From the IMG/VR virus record IMGVR_UViG_3300020429_000529, positions 70,762 through 134,761 of that record: a stretch of DNA of 64,000 nt, one strand, 5' to 3'. The notes under the pieces were generated by a model. It saw only the letters and a list, made by a program, of their open reading frames with translations. It was not told the DNA's origin and made no database searches. Position 1 is the stretch's first letter, and the number at the start of each line of letters is the position of its first letter. This document shows, in pieces, positions 46,669 through 56,906 of this stretch. The position numbers were made by a program, and so were the translations under genes. The stretch comes from a virus.

Positions 46669-46860
46669 ATGGACAGCGATGGAGTTTTCGGGCTGATTTT
46701 TGTCATTTTGTGCATCGTTGTCATTGTCGTTGGCATCATCGACTACACGCTGCTCATCAAGGCAATCTTCCTGCTTGGGCTCCTGGGGCCTTGGTTGTTG
46801 CCCCTCGCTCTTGGCGTTGGCATTGTCTTCGCCATCATCATTGCTGTTCTCAAGAGCTAA
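46669..46860 (+). CDS. Small two-TM membrane protein (63 aa)
   Basis: SD AAAGGAG before ATG 46669; almost entirely hydrophobic. Confidence 0.7.
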   Translation: MDSDGVFGLIFVILCIVVIVVGIIDYTLLIKAIFLLGLLGPWLLPLALGVGIVFAIIIAVLKS

Positions 46861-46886
46861 GCCGTAGCAAAAGACGAAAACCTGCA

Positions 46887-46913
46887 AAGGGCTATTGCCC
46901 GATTCTGCCGAAA
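46887..46913 (+). promoter_or_regulatory. Class A putative late promoter (tape measure)
   Basis: AAGG-N19-GAAA, intergenic. Confidence 0.45.
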
Positions 46914-46970
46914 TACATGTAGGACTAAGGGTATCGTACGCGATGCCGTAAGACTCTCCTGCAGGCATTT

Positions 46971-49900
46971 ATGGCAGACCCCATCGTATACAACGTGGTA
47001 ATCCAAACCGAGGTCCGGGATGCCGGACCTGCGGCGAGGGAAGTCAACCGCATGCGCGGTCAGCTTGGGAACCTTGAGCGCCAAGCTGGTCGCACTGCGC
47101 GCGCTGCCGATAACGTCGGCGGAGGACTTGGCGATGTAGGGACACAGAGCCGCACAGCGACTCGGGACGTTCGAGGGCTGCAACGAGGCCTTGGCGGTCT
47201 AAATACGTCCCTGTCGGCTTCTGCGGGGCTCCTCGATCAAGTCTTCTTTGTCCTTGGTGCCCGAGCGGGAATTGGCGGATTCCAGAACACGATCAATCTC
47301 GTTGACCGTTTCAATAAGGAACTACTGGTAAGCCGTAGCTTCTTCTTGAAGTACGGTCAAGGCGTTGACCAAACTGAAGCCAAGATTGAGAGCCTTGCTG
47401 AATCGCTGAAGTTCAGCCGCTTCGAGGTTGCTCGTTGGCAGAAGCAGTTTGAGACTTCGTTCCGCATTCAGCCGCCCGATAACATTGAACGGTTCATCAA
47501 GAGTTTGACTCGGGTTGTTGGTCGCAATGAAGAGGCGATTAGCGAACTCTTCAACACGATTACTTCAGGCGCTCGCGGCATTCCCGAGGTTGAGTTCCTT
47601 ATCAATGCCAACCTTGATGAGAAGGGCATCCTTGAGTCTGGCGCTCTGAAGCGAGTCCAAGACCTTCTGTTTGTTCAGGTTCAGACAGGTCAGATGGATT
47701 TCTCTTCGCTGAAGAGAATGCTTGACTACACGACCGCTATGCAGATCGGCGCTGATGCTTTGTCGCAGGCCGATCGAGAGCGATTCCAAGAGCTTGAGAA
47801 GCAGCGTCAGACGGTTCTTCAGGTGCAGAAGGCCGTTGAAGATATCACTCTGTTTGTTGGTCAGGATCTTCTGCCCAAGCTAAAGGGTATCTCTGACTTC
47901 ATCGATCGCAACAAGATGTCGATCGCTTCGATCGCTAAGATTGTTCTCCCGATTATCACTGGACTTTCTATCATCGGAGCGGTAACAACCATTGGCGCTG
48001 GCCTTGGCGCTCTTGGCGGCGCAGCAGGAAGGATGATTGGTCTTGGCCGCAAGGGAGGTAAGGGGGCAGGCGCAGCAGGCGCAGCGGGCGCTCTTGGAGG
48101 AGCGGCTGGCATGGGGCCAGGCGGGGCGATGCCCGTTTGGGTCGTTAACATGCCGGGAGCCTTCAGCCCCATCGACGGATGGGACGGCGCTCGTCGAGGA
48201 GCAACAAGAGGAGCGCCAGCGGCAGCAGGTCGATTCGGTCGTCTCGGCGGATTTGTGCGCGGCGGCGGTCTTGCAGGCGCTCTCGGTCTCGGAACAGCGG
48301 GCACCGCTCTTATGGGAGCGGGCGGAGGTCTCGGAGGTTCAATAGGCGGCGGCGCGCTGTATGAACTTTTCGCGCCCGAAGGTCGAGCAGACAAGACGGT
48401 TTCAGGAGCGGTCGAGAAGGGCTTTTCGCGAGCCCTTGGCGGCGCTGCTGTCGGTACTGCTGTTGCCGGTCCTATTGGAACTGCGATTGGCTTTGGCGTT
48501 GGAGGTCTTCACGAAGCCTACGATATCAGCCGAGACATCTATGATATCAACTCGCAGACGAAAGATATTATCGAGCAAGGTCATGCTCGTATGCAGTCTT
48601 GGCTTGAGAACATCAAGCAGACCGGAACAGAGACTCAGATTCGTCTTGCCGAATCTTTTGCCGCCATCGCAGAGAAGCAGGATGAGCTTGATACTCGACG
48701 AGCATCGATTTGGAATCAGCTATTCGGCGATAGCTCCGAGACCAAGAAGATCGAAGAGCAAGTTGAGCGTATGCGTCAGAACTACGCCAATATGCGCAAG
48801 GAGCTTCAGCCGAAGCTTGAGACAGAGCGTCGTATCAGAGAAGAGGTAGAGAACGAAGCAGAAGAGCTTCGCAAGATTCAGCAGATCCGCCTCGCAACCC
48901 TTGCCTACATCGAGCTTGAAAAGGGTCTTGTAGAGTCTCAGAACCGATTGCTACAGGAGCAGTCAAGGCTGTACGATGGTCTCATCAAGAGGCTTTCGCA
49001 GGGCGCGTTCTTCTCTGCTGATTCGCTTGGTCAGGCTGAAACTTTCTACCAGACACAGCGATCAGAGATCGAGCGAACTATTCTCGCTCAGCAAAACCTC
49101 CTCAGAACTCAGATGGACGCAAGAAGCCAGCTTGAGGCTGATGTTGACCGTTCTGGTTTGACTGACATGCTTAGGCAGGCTCGTACCGAGTTTGATAGTA
49201 TCAGCGATCCGCAGGCTCGCGCTGCGGCTTTGGCAAGGTACACGGGAGAGATCCGAGCGGTTATCGATCAAGAGCAGCAGATCGTTTCGACGCAAGCTGG
49301 AATCATCGACAACCAGAACAAGCTTAACATGCTTGCTGCCGAGTCTACAAAGTGGCTCGATCAGCGAGTTGGTTTGCAGCAGAAGGAAGCCGGTCTGCTT
49401 GAGGCCCAGGTAAGCCTTGCTGACAACTTCGCTCTTGGTGTTGCTGCATCTGCCGAAATGCGCATGCAGCTTGTCCGTCAGTTGGGCGATGTCATCGGCG
49501 AGCAGCGTAACAAGCTCATGCTGATCGAGGATCGCATGGCTCAGGCCCAGGATGCGGTTATGCAGGGTCGCATCTCTGAACAAGACTACGCCGCTCAGAT
49601 GGTAACGCTTGAGCAAGAGAGACTGCAGACTCAGACAGATATCTTGCAGAATGTCAACAAGCAGGCTCAGATGACCCGAGTTCTTCGAGATGGTTGGGTC
49701 GATGCTATCAACGCTATGAACAATGGCGTTGGAATGTTCACGAAGATCAAGATCGATCGAGATACAAGGCTCGGTACGCTTATGGAGCGTGCCCCGAATC
49801 CGATTGTTGGTATTCGAACAGGTTTTTCAGGTCCGGGTCGCAGAGAGGCTCCTCAGTATTCTGCGATGGCTCCGGGTATGCTCACAAACCCAGATACCAT

Positions 49901-52900
49901 GGGGCGGGCGTTCGGCGCAGGAACAGACGAATGGGCAAGGGCTATCGATCGAAGAAGTCCGATGCTTGCTGTTGAGGGAGTCAACCCGTTCTCTCCAAAC
50001 TCGGCAGGTCAGCTTGCAAGCGGTTTCTCGCTTTGGCAGGAGCTTGTTGGTCAGAATCTCAATACAACGCTTGCCGCAGGAGCGGAAACTCCGTTTGGCT
50101 TGAGCGGACTCACAAGCGAAGTATCCAACGATTCTATCAAGAGTATCTCGAATGCTGTACGAGAGGGTGCTCGCGATGGTATCGAGATGTCTTCGTTGGG
50201 TCGAACAGATATTTCTACCGAAGGGCCTGTTGAAGTTATCATCAAGGGCGTTAGCGGCGTTCTTCCTGTTTCAATGCAGGGCGCAATCGCTCGTAATGAA
50301 GGCGGCTTTGTTCCGGGTCCGCTTGGTCAGCGTCAAGACAGCGTTCCTGCCTTCTTGACTCCGAGAGAGTTCGTTGTTCGCAGAGAGGCAGCCGATGTCA
50401 TCGGGCCGCAGCTTCTTGAGATGATGAACAACGGTCAGATCACAAACTTGGACCAGTATATCGAAGCTCGCGCTCAGATGATGAATGTCGAAGCCATTAG
50501 GCAGCGTCAGCGTTCGAGAGAGTTCTTTGACACAATCGATACGAGCGGAATATCTGGCGACAATCTTACTGAACAGCTAAGAGAAACGCAAGCCGCTCGT
50601 CGCGCTGCAAACGATCGCCTCCGTTACGGTATGTCGCTCAGCGAGAGAATGGAAAGCGGCAATCTTGCGGGTACATTGAGCGATCTTGATCGTCTTGACC
50701 TTCGCCAGCAGATCGAACGAAGCAACGAGCATGAGATGAAGCTGTATGCAGCCATCGCCAAGCGACAGCTTGATGCGGAAGAAGTTGCTGCGCGTTCGCA
50801 AGAGACAGTCCAACCGTCTCGTCGTCGCCGTCGTCGATCGACTGATGAGCAGCCTCAGGGTCCTGTGTATGGTCCGCCAGCACCAGGCCCCGAAACAGTT
50901 TCCGATAGCTCCGCTCCGTCTGTACCAACAGATCCAAGAATTGCTTCTTGGCTTGAGGATCAGGCAGAAGAGCTTGAGAGATTTGTCGAGCGCCGCCATA
51001 CAGAAATGAAGCGTTCGATGCTCGCTCAGTTCCTTAACCGAAGGGACCGAGGCGAGAACGTTTGGCTATCGCAAGAGTTTGGCGCTCTTGATGAGTTGAT
51101 GGCTCAGCTTCAGCAGGATCTCAAGCGTGTTTCGTCGTATGATGAACTCAAGTCGATTGCTGGAAATATCGGAGCGCCAGTTCCTTCCATTCCTGATAAT
51201 CTGTTCCGTCAGACTGTTGGACCACAGTTGGAGAACATCGCTACAGGCGCAGGACCGATGGGGCCGCAAGCTCCTGGTACATACATGCCAGTTCGGGGCG
51301 AGTTTGATGCCGATCGTTTTGCGAAGGATCACCCTGAACTTGCTGACCAGTTGCGCAACCGAGCTATCGGCGACTTTGAAGAGGTCATTCAGGATTACCG
51401 TCAGCGAGAGGTTGAGCTTCGTTCTCAGCTTGGCAAGGCCGGTCCTGAAGGTCGAGAGCGTATAGCGGGTCAGCGTCGTTCGAATCGCGCTCGCATGCAA
51501 GAGGCTCAGCAGAAGCTACGCATGCTCAACAGGGGAATGATGATTCCTGAGCTTGCCGCTCTTATGGAGCGCCAGTTCGATCGACAGTATCAAGATCAAG
51601 TTCAGGTATACCAGAACTACGTCAGAGAACAGCAGCAATCTCAGCTTGAAGAGCTTCGTCGTCAGCAAGATCTTCAGGCCTTGCAGGATCCTGGCAACTT
51701 CCAGAACCTTCTCGGAGAGCTTCGAGGAGGAGACAAGTGGTGGAATGATCCGAGCGTTCGTAGCGAGGCGAACGAGAGAGCGCCAAAGGCTCTCACGAAC
51801 CCTCCGACAAGGCAGAGCGCGCCAGCGATGTTCGCTGCGTTGGATGTCGCTACGTCGTTGCCTTCTGGATACGATACTGAGACCTATGCTATCGATGAGT
51901 GGGCAAATCAGCTACGAGAGATCATGTCCAACTCTGATGGCCTGAGTCGAAACCAGGCTTTGAGGTCGTTTAGCGATGAGATGAATCGCAACTACAACGA
52001 CAATACAAATCGATACATACCTGCTGCTCAGAAGAAGCTTCAGGATCAGCAGGAGCGTCTCCGTCAGATGATGGAGGTTGAGTTTGCTCCGTTGAGCGAT
52101 ATCGAACGACAGAAGAGCTTTATTGCAAATACCGAACGAGATCTTGCTCAGTTCCAGGCGTTCAATCCAACGGTCAGGCGCATGTCTGATTTCGCCAATG
52201 CTGCTTACATTCCGTTGATCGAAGCTTTCCAAGACCGTATGGAACTTGAAGGCTACATGCAGGACAACGAGGGCCGTCGTCCAGGCGAGCGTCCTCGTTA
52301 CCTTGAGAACAGGCTGCAAGATGCTGATCGTCAGCGAAACTGGGCTGTTCAAAACTGGCGAAAAGAGCAAGAAGCATGGACTCGCGATGCCAACATTGCT
52401 GGTTGGCTCATGGGGGCTCCTTTGCTCAAGGCCATGGACTATGCATGGTTTGACAACTCAATCAGAGACGATTTGATCCGTCCTGCAATGGGCGGAGATG
52501 CGGCTATTGAGCGAGCCAGACAGATTATGCGAGAGGCTCAGCAAGAGCATGGTATCTTGCTGACAATGCCTACCGACATGGAAGGTTTGCGAGGCGTTTA
52601 CTATGGCTCTGCCATGAGAGAGGCGGCGTCCGGTCTTCGTCCTGGAAGTAAATCTGGTAGAGTTTTGGGAGAGAAGCTCGATGCTCTGCGTAGCCTGATC
52701 TACGGCGGTGATTACGAGTCCTACCGAGGTCAAGTCATGCCTATGCTTGAGTCGATAAACGACTATGTAACAGGTAGAAACTTGAGCGAAGGTTTCACGA
52801 AGCCATACCGAGACTTTGTTTCATCTCCGACAGTCGATTGGTCGCAGTATGATATCCCGCAGTTCGCCAAGGGCGGATATGTACCGGCAACTCCTGGCGG

Positions 52901-53216
52901 GCAGCTTGCGGTTATCGGCGAAGGAGGACAGAATGAGATTGTGTCGCCTGAACCGAGACTTGCTGCAATGGCGAGAGATGCTGCAAGCCGAGCTACTTCC
53001 GGCGCGGGCGTAGGCTCGATGATGGCTGCGGTTGATGCTGTTACAGGCGGCGCAGATTTCAGCGGCGGAGATACGCACAAGGTGCAAGTCGAACTTAGTC
53101 CCAAGCAGATGAGCGACCTGAAGGAGTCTCTGATCCGAGAGGCTTCGACGTACATGAGAGGCGTTGCAGAAGCGGCCATGGCGAAGGTCGTCAACGATAT
53201 GACGAACGGAGCGTAA
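46971..53216 (+). CDS. Tape measure protein (2081 aa)
   Basis: Long coiled coils, Gly-rich hydrophobic segments, PVWVVNMPG, NEGGFVPGP..DSVPAFLTPREFVV and FAKGGYV..AVIGEGGQNEIV motifs; position after tube and chaperones. Confidence 0.9.
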   Translation: MADPIVYNVVIQTEVRDAGPAAREVNRMRGQLGNLERQAGRTARAADNVGGGLGDVGTQSRTATRDVRGLQRGLGGLNTSLSASAGLLDQVFFVLGARAGIGGFQNTINLVDRFNKELLVSRSFFLKYGQGVDQTEAKIESLAESLKFSRFEVARWQKQFETSFRIQPPDNIERFIKSLTRVVGRNEEAISELFNTITSGARGIPEVEFLINANLDEKGILESGALKRVQDLLFVQVQTGQMDFSSLKRMLDYTTAMQIGADALSQADRERFQELEKQRQTVLQVQKAVEDITLFVGQDLLPKLKGISDFIDRNKMSIASIAKIVLPIITGLSIIGAVTTIGAGLGALGGAAGRMIGLGRKGGKGAGAAGAAGALGGAAGMGPGGAMPVWVVNMPGAFSPIDGWDGARRGATRGAPAAAGRFGRLGGFVRGGGLAGALGLGTAGTALMGAGGGLGGSIGGGALYELFAPEGRADKTVSGAVEKGFSRALGGAAVGTAVAGPIGTAIGFGVGGLHEAYDISRDIYDINSQTKDIIEQGHARMQSWLENIKQTGTETQIRLAESFAAIAEKQDELDTRRASIWNQLFGDSSETKKIEEQVERMRQNYANMRKELQPKLETERRIREEVENEAEELRKIQQIRLATLAYIELEKGLVESQNRLLQEQSRLYDGLIKRLSQGAFFSADSLGQAETFYQTQRSEIERTILAQQNLLRTQMDARSQLEADVDRSGLTDMLRQARTEFDSISDPQARAAALARYTGEIRAVIDQEQQIVSTQAGIIDNQNKLNMLAAESTKWLDQRVGLQQKEAGLLEAQVSLADNFALGVAASAEMRMQLVRQLGDVIGEQRNKLMLIEDRMAQAQDAVMQGRISEQDYAAQMVTLEQERLQTQTDILQNVNKQAQMTRVLRDGWVDAINAMNNGVGMFTKIKIDRDTRLGTLMERAPNPIVGIRTGFSGPGRREAPQYSAMAPGMLTNPDTMGRAFGAGTDEWARAIDRRSPMLAVEGVNPFSPNSAGQLASGFSLWQELVGQNLNTTLAAGAETPFGLSGLTSEVSNDSIKSISNAVREGARDGIEMSSLGRTDISTEGPVEVIIKGVSGVLPVSMQGAIARNEGGFVPGPLGQRQDSVPAFLTPREFVVRREAADVIGPQLLEMMNNGQITNLDQYIEARAQMMNVEAIRQRQRSREFFDTIDTSGISGDNLTEQLRETQAARRAANDRLRYGMSLSERMESGNLAGTLSDLDRLDLRQQIERSNEHEMKLYAAIAKRQLDAEEVAARSQETVQPSRRRRRRSTDEQPQGPVYGPPAPGPETVSDSSAPSVPTDPRIASWLEDQAEELERFVERRHTEMKRSMLAQFLNRRDRGENVWLSQEFGALDELMAQLQQDLKRVSSYDELKSIAGNIGAPVPSIPDNLFRQTVGPQLENIATGAGPMGPQAPGTYMPVRGEFDADRFAKDHPELADQLRNRAIGDFEEVIQDYRQREVELRSQLGKAGPEGRERIAGQRRSNRARMQEAQQKLRMLNRGMMIPELAALMERQFDRQYQDQVQVYQNYVREQQQSQLEELRRQQDLQALQDPGNFQNLLGELRGGDKWWNDPSVRSEANERAPKALTNPPTRQSAPAMFAALDVATSLPSGYDTETYAIDEWANQLREIMSNSDGLSRNQALRSFSDEMNRNYNDNTNRYIPAAQKKLQDQQERLRQMMEVEFAPLSDIERQKSFIANTERDLAQFQAFNPTVRRMSDFANAAYIPLIEAFQDRMELEGYMQDNEGRRPGERPRYLENRLQDADRQRNWAVQNWRKEQEAWTRDANIAGWLMGAPLLKAMDYAWFDNSIRDDLIRPAMGGDAAIERARQIMREAQQEHGILLTMPTDMEGLRGVYYGSAMREAASGLRPGSKSGRVLGEKLDALRSLIYGGDYESYRGQVMPMLESINDYVTGRNLSEGFTKPYRDFVSSPTVDWSQYDIPQFAKGGYVPATPGGQLAVIGEGGQNEIVSPEPRLAAMARDAASRATSGAGVGSMMAAVDAVTGGADFSGGDTHKVQVELSPKQMSDLKESLIREASTYMRGVAEAAMAKVVNDMTNGA

Positions 53217-53219
53217 TCT

Positions 53220-56200
53220 GTGTCACGATGCGCAAGCTTTACTGCAGGCTTTTTGGCCTACAACAACATTGACCTCGTACCGAACGGTTTCATCAATGAA
53301 CAAGATGAAGATCGCAACGGCGAGATCGTTCGTCTATTGCCTTCAAGTCGTATCAATGTTGAGCTTCAATATAGCGTTCGATCTGACATCTCGGGAACCA
53401 GTCTGAACGATCTCTCGCCAGGCGGCAATACTGGATTTATCCTCGGAGGTCTCGGCGGCGGCGCTGGCTTTGGCATTGGCGCTGCTCTTGGCTGTTCGTT
53501 GCTTGGAGACTTTGAGCCAACGCTTTCGAGATTCATCTTTCAGGTCATTGACTCTCAAACTCGCATCAATCGAATCATTACTGTAACCGAGGCGATGATT
53601 GCTGAAGCGGAAGAGAACGAGGGAGTTGCGAGCTATCGCTTCTTCAGCGAGTATCCTCTTGGCGTTTTGGCTGTCCGCAGAGAACCAATTGAGTTCAGCG
53701 ATGACGAGGTTGAGCGTATCGGCGCAAGCGGCGGCGCTCAGCGAGGTTGGACGATCTCCCAAAACGGGCAGATACAGGGTTCATACGACAACTTCAGCTA
53801 CTCCGACGAGACAAACCTCTTTGTAGAGGTTGTAAGAGATCAGCGTAAGCAGTTTTATCGAGCAGATCAGAATATCTTCCAGGATGGCGGAGACAACGCC
53901 TTTCTGAATGCTGGCGATGATGATCTTGTTGATAACGTCATACGTTTTGAGTTACCAGGTTTTGTTCCTCAAGGAGATGACGCGCCTGCGGATGATACGG
54001 TTCCTATCGCTGCGGGCGATCCGTTGTATCTAACATATACCGCTGCTACCAAGCGACATTTCCGTCACGCTATCGAATCAAGAAGCTTCTTCTTCCTGTT
54101 TCCAGGTTTTCTCGTTGAGAGGATTGGTATCGATCAGGTTAAGGCCTGGACGTTCAAGGTATACGATTTCAAGGTTCGCAAGAATCAGACTGATCTTCAG
54201 CCAGAGAATAAGGCAACGCTCGACGATTGGTTTGCTGACATAGCGATCTTGCAGAATCCTGATCTGACTCCTGAGCAGAAAGAGGACCGTCAGGTTCTTG
54301 AAACGATCGAGGGGCAGAGGATCATTGAGTGTATCAATGATACCAAGAACAAGTTCCCTTACATCAAGGGCATCTACTTTGCGGATACGAGAGGTATTCT
54401 CGCATGGGATGTCAAGAACGATTTCCAGGCGCTAAATGTCGAGTTGCTAATACCTGCTGACTCTATTCGAGATCAAGCATGGTGGGCAAACACAGTTGCA
54501 TCTCTTGTTGATTTTGGACCCGGATTCAATGACGAAGGTCATCTTGATCCTGCAGATGACGGCGCAAACCGAATTCTTCGAGGCTTTGTCTTTGATATCA
54601 GCGATCATGTCAACTCGGTCTGTTATGACAATGACAAGTTTGGATATCAGAGAGGGCTTGCTGATGCCCTCGCTGCTGTGAGCCGCTTCAATGAGGAAGA
54701 CCCTACATCGGGTGTCGGCGTACCGAATCTTGATCTTGAGAGGCTGAGGCTCCCCCGTCGCAACAGATTTGATTTGAGCAGCGCTGAGTTCGAGACCGTT
54801 CGTATGTCCTCTATCGAGGGCGGCGCGTACTTTGTTCGTAGCTGCAATGAGTTCTTCACATACGATCAGCAGTTTTGCGCGGCAGGAACAATCCAGGCCG
54901 ACATGTTCATCCGAACGCCAATCTTCTTCGAGAACTTTGGCAGAACGGGTCGAGTCCATATTGAACGATTCTCTCCTCAGTTCCCCCTTGAGAGAGACGG
55001 CGGTATTTGGGTAACGACTCGCCCGACATTCGGAGCAGGCATGTCGATGGACTCGCATCCAACCGACAATGAGGCGTTCTTGGTCTTCACGAAAGATCAG
55101 ACGCTTAACTTCATGCGATTCAAGGATTCTCGAACCAATATCCATACTGGTCGAGTTTCATTTGATGCGGCAAACTCGGGTTTGACTCATGAAGTTCAGT
55201 CGGTTGATACTGTGACGCAATCTGATTTGAAGATCGTTGGCTTCGATAAGGTCATAGGCAATCAGCCGGGCCATTCAAGAGGTATTGAGATCACAAGAGA
55301 GGGCGGTAAGCTCAAGCTTGGTCTTGAAAACTACAATGACCTTTACGAGGTTCTAACGGCAAGAGGCGTTGGAACTATCAACTTTGTTCAGAACGAGGAT
55401 ACAGGCGAAGTCACAGTTCAGGGTCTTCAAGGCAAGAGACTGAAGAGTATCAAGATGTTCTTTCGCCCCAAAGAGGGTTTCTTGGGCGAGGACACAAGGT
55501 ATTGTTCGTTCATCTTCCCAAGCGAACGATTTGTCATCGATAACGTTGCTCTCCCGTATGCGGGCGGAACTCTCGATGATGAGAGGTTTGTCAAGTTTGA
55601 TGCGGGCTACTACTTCGATGACTCGATAAGAGTCTCTGGCGAGATTCTTAAATATGCCATGGTAACAGGCTTTGAGTTCATTGCTATCAAGGAAGAGAAG
55701 TACGAAGAGAACTTCATCGAGACAGGCACTCCCGCTGTCTGTTTTGATCGCAAGGGACGAGTCTTTGTCTTCTATGAGGACAACTCGGCCAACGTCGGTC
55801 AGCACGGGGATCAGCCAGAGGGTTGCAGCGAGCTTGTCGATGGAGGTCAGACCGAGATCTCATGTCTCGTTTCTCCCGATCTTGGGAATACCTGGTATGA
55901 CCATAAGGGTATAGTCTATGGGGTTGGCGAGGATACGCTTCGAGCCCCCTACGTTGTTTCCGATCGATCATCAGGAAAGATTCACCTGTTCTTTGTGATG
56001 AACGACAACTTGATGCACAAGGAGCTTGATCCGAACCTATTCAAGATCGAGGATGCATACAAGGCCTATCGCAGACCTGTTACTTACAGCGATACCACTC
56101 CTGATTTGTGCGGTTTAGGGCATTTCTCTTCGGCGGGAGCCAATCTTCGTAGAAGGGATATGAACGTCGTTGTTGGTAATATACAGGACGAGACGGGATA

Positions 56201-56906
56201 CATCTTCGAGCAGATCTCCGTCGATCGCAGCCGAAAGCTGAAAGGTCTAAAGCAGCGAATCACGGTTTCAGGCGATTTTGCTCACTTTGAAGAAGGCTTC
56301 CCTGATACCGACTACATTGCATATGTTGATCGCAAGCGAGCCCTTCGGGTCTTGTATGTCTCAAACGGCAGACTGTTTGCAAGGACAAGCGATTCAAACG
56401 GCAGAGGTTGGGAGAGCGTCTTTGAGGAGGGCGTCTTCTTCCATAAGAACCTCGATATTCAAGAGCCGCTTCAGATAGGCAATCTCGGCGTTATCCTCAA
56501 CGATGAAAGCAACAGTCTTGATATCTCGTACATCACAGAAGACATGCTGTTTGTCAGAAGCTTTGAGAATGGAGGTCTGTTTGCCGGGAACAGCGCTCCG
56601 ATCGAGACCATCGTAGATCCAGATTCTACGACGAGTCAACCAGTTTTTGTCGTTGGAGTTCTGCCAAACGAGATACAGCAGGCAATTGTCACAGGAGACA
56701 CGAACATCGTTTTTCCCTACGTCTCTGCTGCTCTTCCTCTTTTCGATGAAACATTGTCGATATCACCCGTTGGGGTACGAGGATTTGTTGGCAAGAGCGG
56801 CGTAGTCAGAATGTTCTACCAGGATAGTAACGGAGAGATCCGAGGGTTCTCATACACTAAGAAGCGTCCTCTGCTTGACGCTAAGGCAGTAGCAAATGGC
56901 GAGTAA
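53220..56906 (+). CDS. Large tail-tip/baseplate protein with Asp-box beta-propeller elements
   Basis: Follows the tape measure; SPDLGNTW and SDSNGRGW Asp-box-like motifs. Confidence 0.55.
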   Translation: MSRCASFTAGFLAYNNIDLVPNGFINEQDEDRNGEIVRLLPSSRINVELQYSVRSDISGTSLNDLSPGGNTGFILGGLGGGAGFGIGAALGCSLLGDFEPTLSRFIFQVIDSQTRINRIITVTEAMIAEAEENEGVASYRFFSEYPLGVLAVRREPIEFSDDEVERIGASGGAQRGWTISQNGQIQGSYDNFSYSDETNLFVEVVRDQRKQFYRADQNIFQDGGDNAFLNAGDDDLVDNVIRFELPGFVPQGDDAPADDTVPIAAGDPLYLTYTAATKRHFRHAIESRSFFFLFPGFLVERIGIDQVKAWTFKVYDFKVRKNQTDLQPENKATLDDWFADIAILQNPDLTPEQKEDRQVLETIEGQRIIECINDTKNKFPYIKGIYFADTRGILAWDVKNDFQALNVELLIPADSIRDQAWWANTVASLVDFGPGFNDEGHLDPADDGANRILRGFVFDISDHVNSVCYDNDKFGYQRGLADALAAVSRFNEEDPTSGVGVPNLDLERLRLPRRNRFDLSSAEFETVRMSSIEGGAYFVRSCNEFFTYDQQFCAAGTIQADMFIRTPIFFENFGRTGRVHIERFSPQFPLERDGGIWVTTRPTFGAGMSMDSHPTDNEAFLVFTKDQTLNFMRFKDSRTNIHTGRVSFDAANSGLTHEVQSVDTVTQSDLKIVGFDKVIGNQPGHSRGIEITREGGKLKLGLENYNDLYEVLTARGVGTINFVQNEDTGEVTVQGLQGKRLKSIKMFFRPKEGFLGEDTRYCSFIFPSERFVIDNVALPYAGGTLDDERFVKFDAGYYFDDSIRVSGEILKYAMVTGFEFIAIKEEKYEENFIETGTPAVCFDRKGRVFVFYEDNSANVGQHGDQPEGCSELVDGGQTEISCLVSPDLGNTWYDHKGIVYGVGEDTLRAPYVVSDRSSGKIHLFFVMNDNLMHKELDPNLFKIEDAYKAYRRPVTYSDTTPDLCGLGHFSSAGANLRRRDMNVVVGNIQDETGYIFEQISVDRSRKLKGLKQRITVSGDFAHFEEGFPDTDYIAYVDRKRALRVLYVSNGRLFARTSDSNGRGWESVFEEGVFFHKNLDIQEPLQIGNLGVILNDESNSLDISYITEDMLFVRSFENGGLFAGNSAPIETIVDPDSTTSQPVFVVGVLPNEIQQAIVTGDTNIVFPYVSAALPLFDETLSISPVGVRGFVGKSGVVRMFYQDSNGEIRGFSYTKKRPLLDAKAVANGE

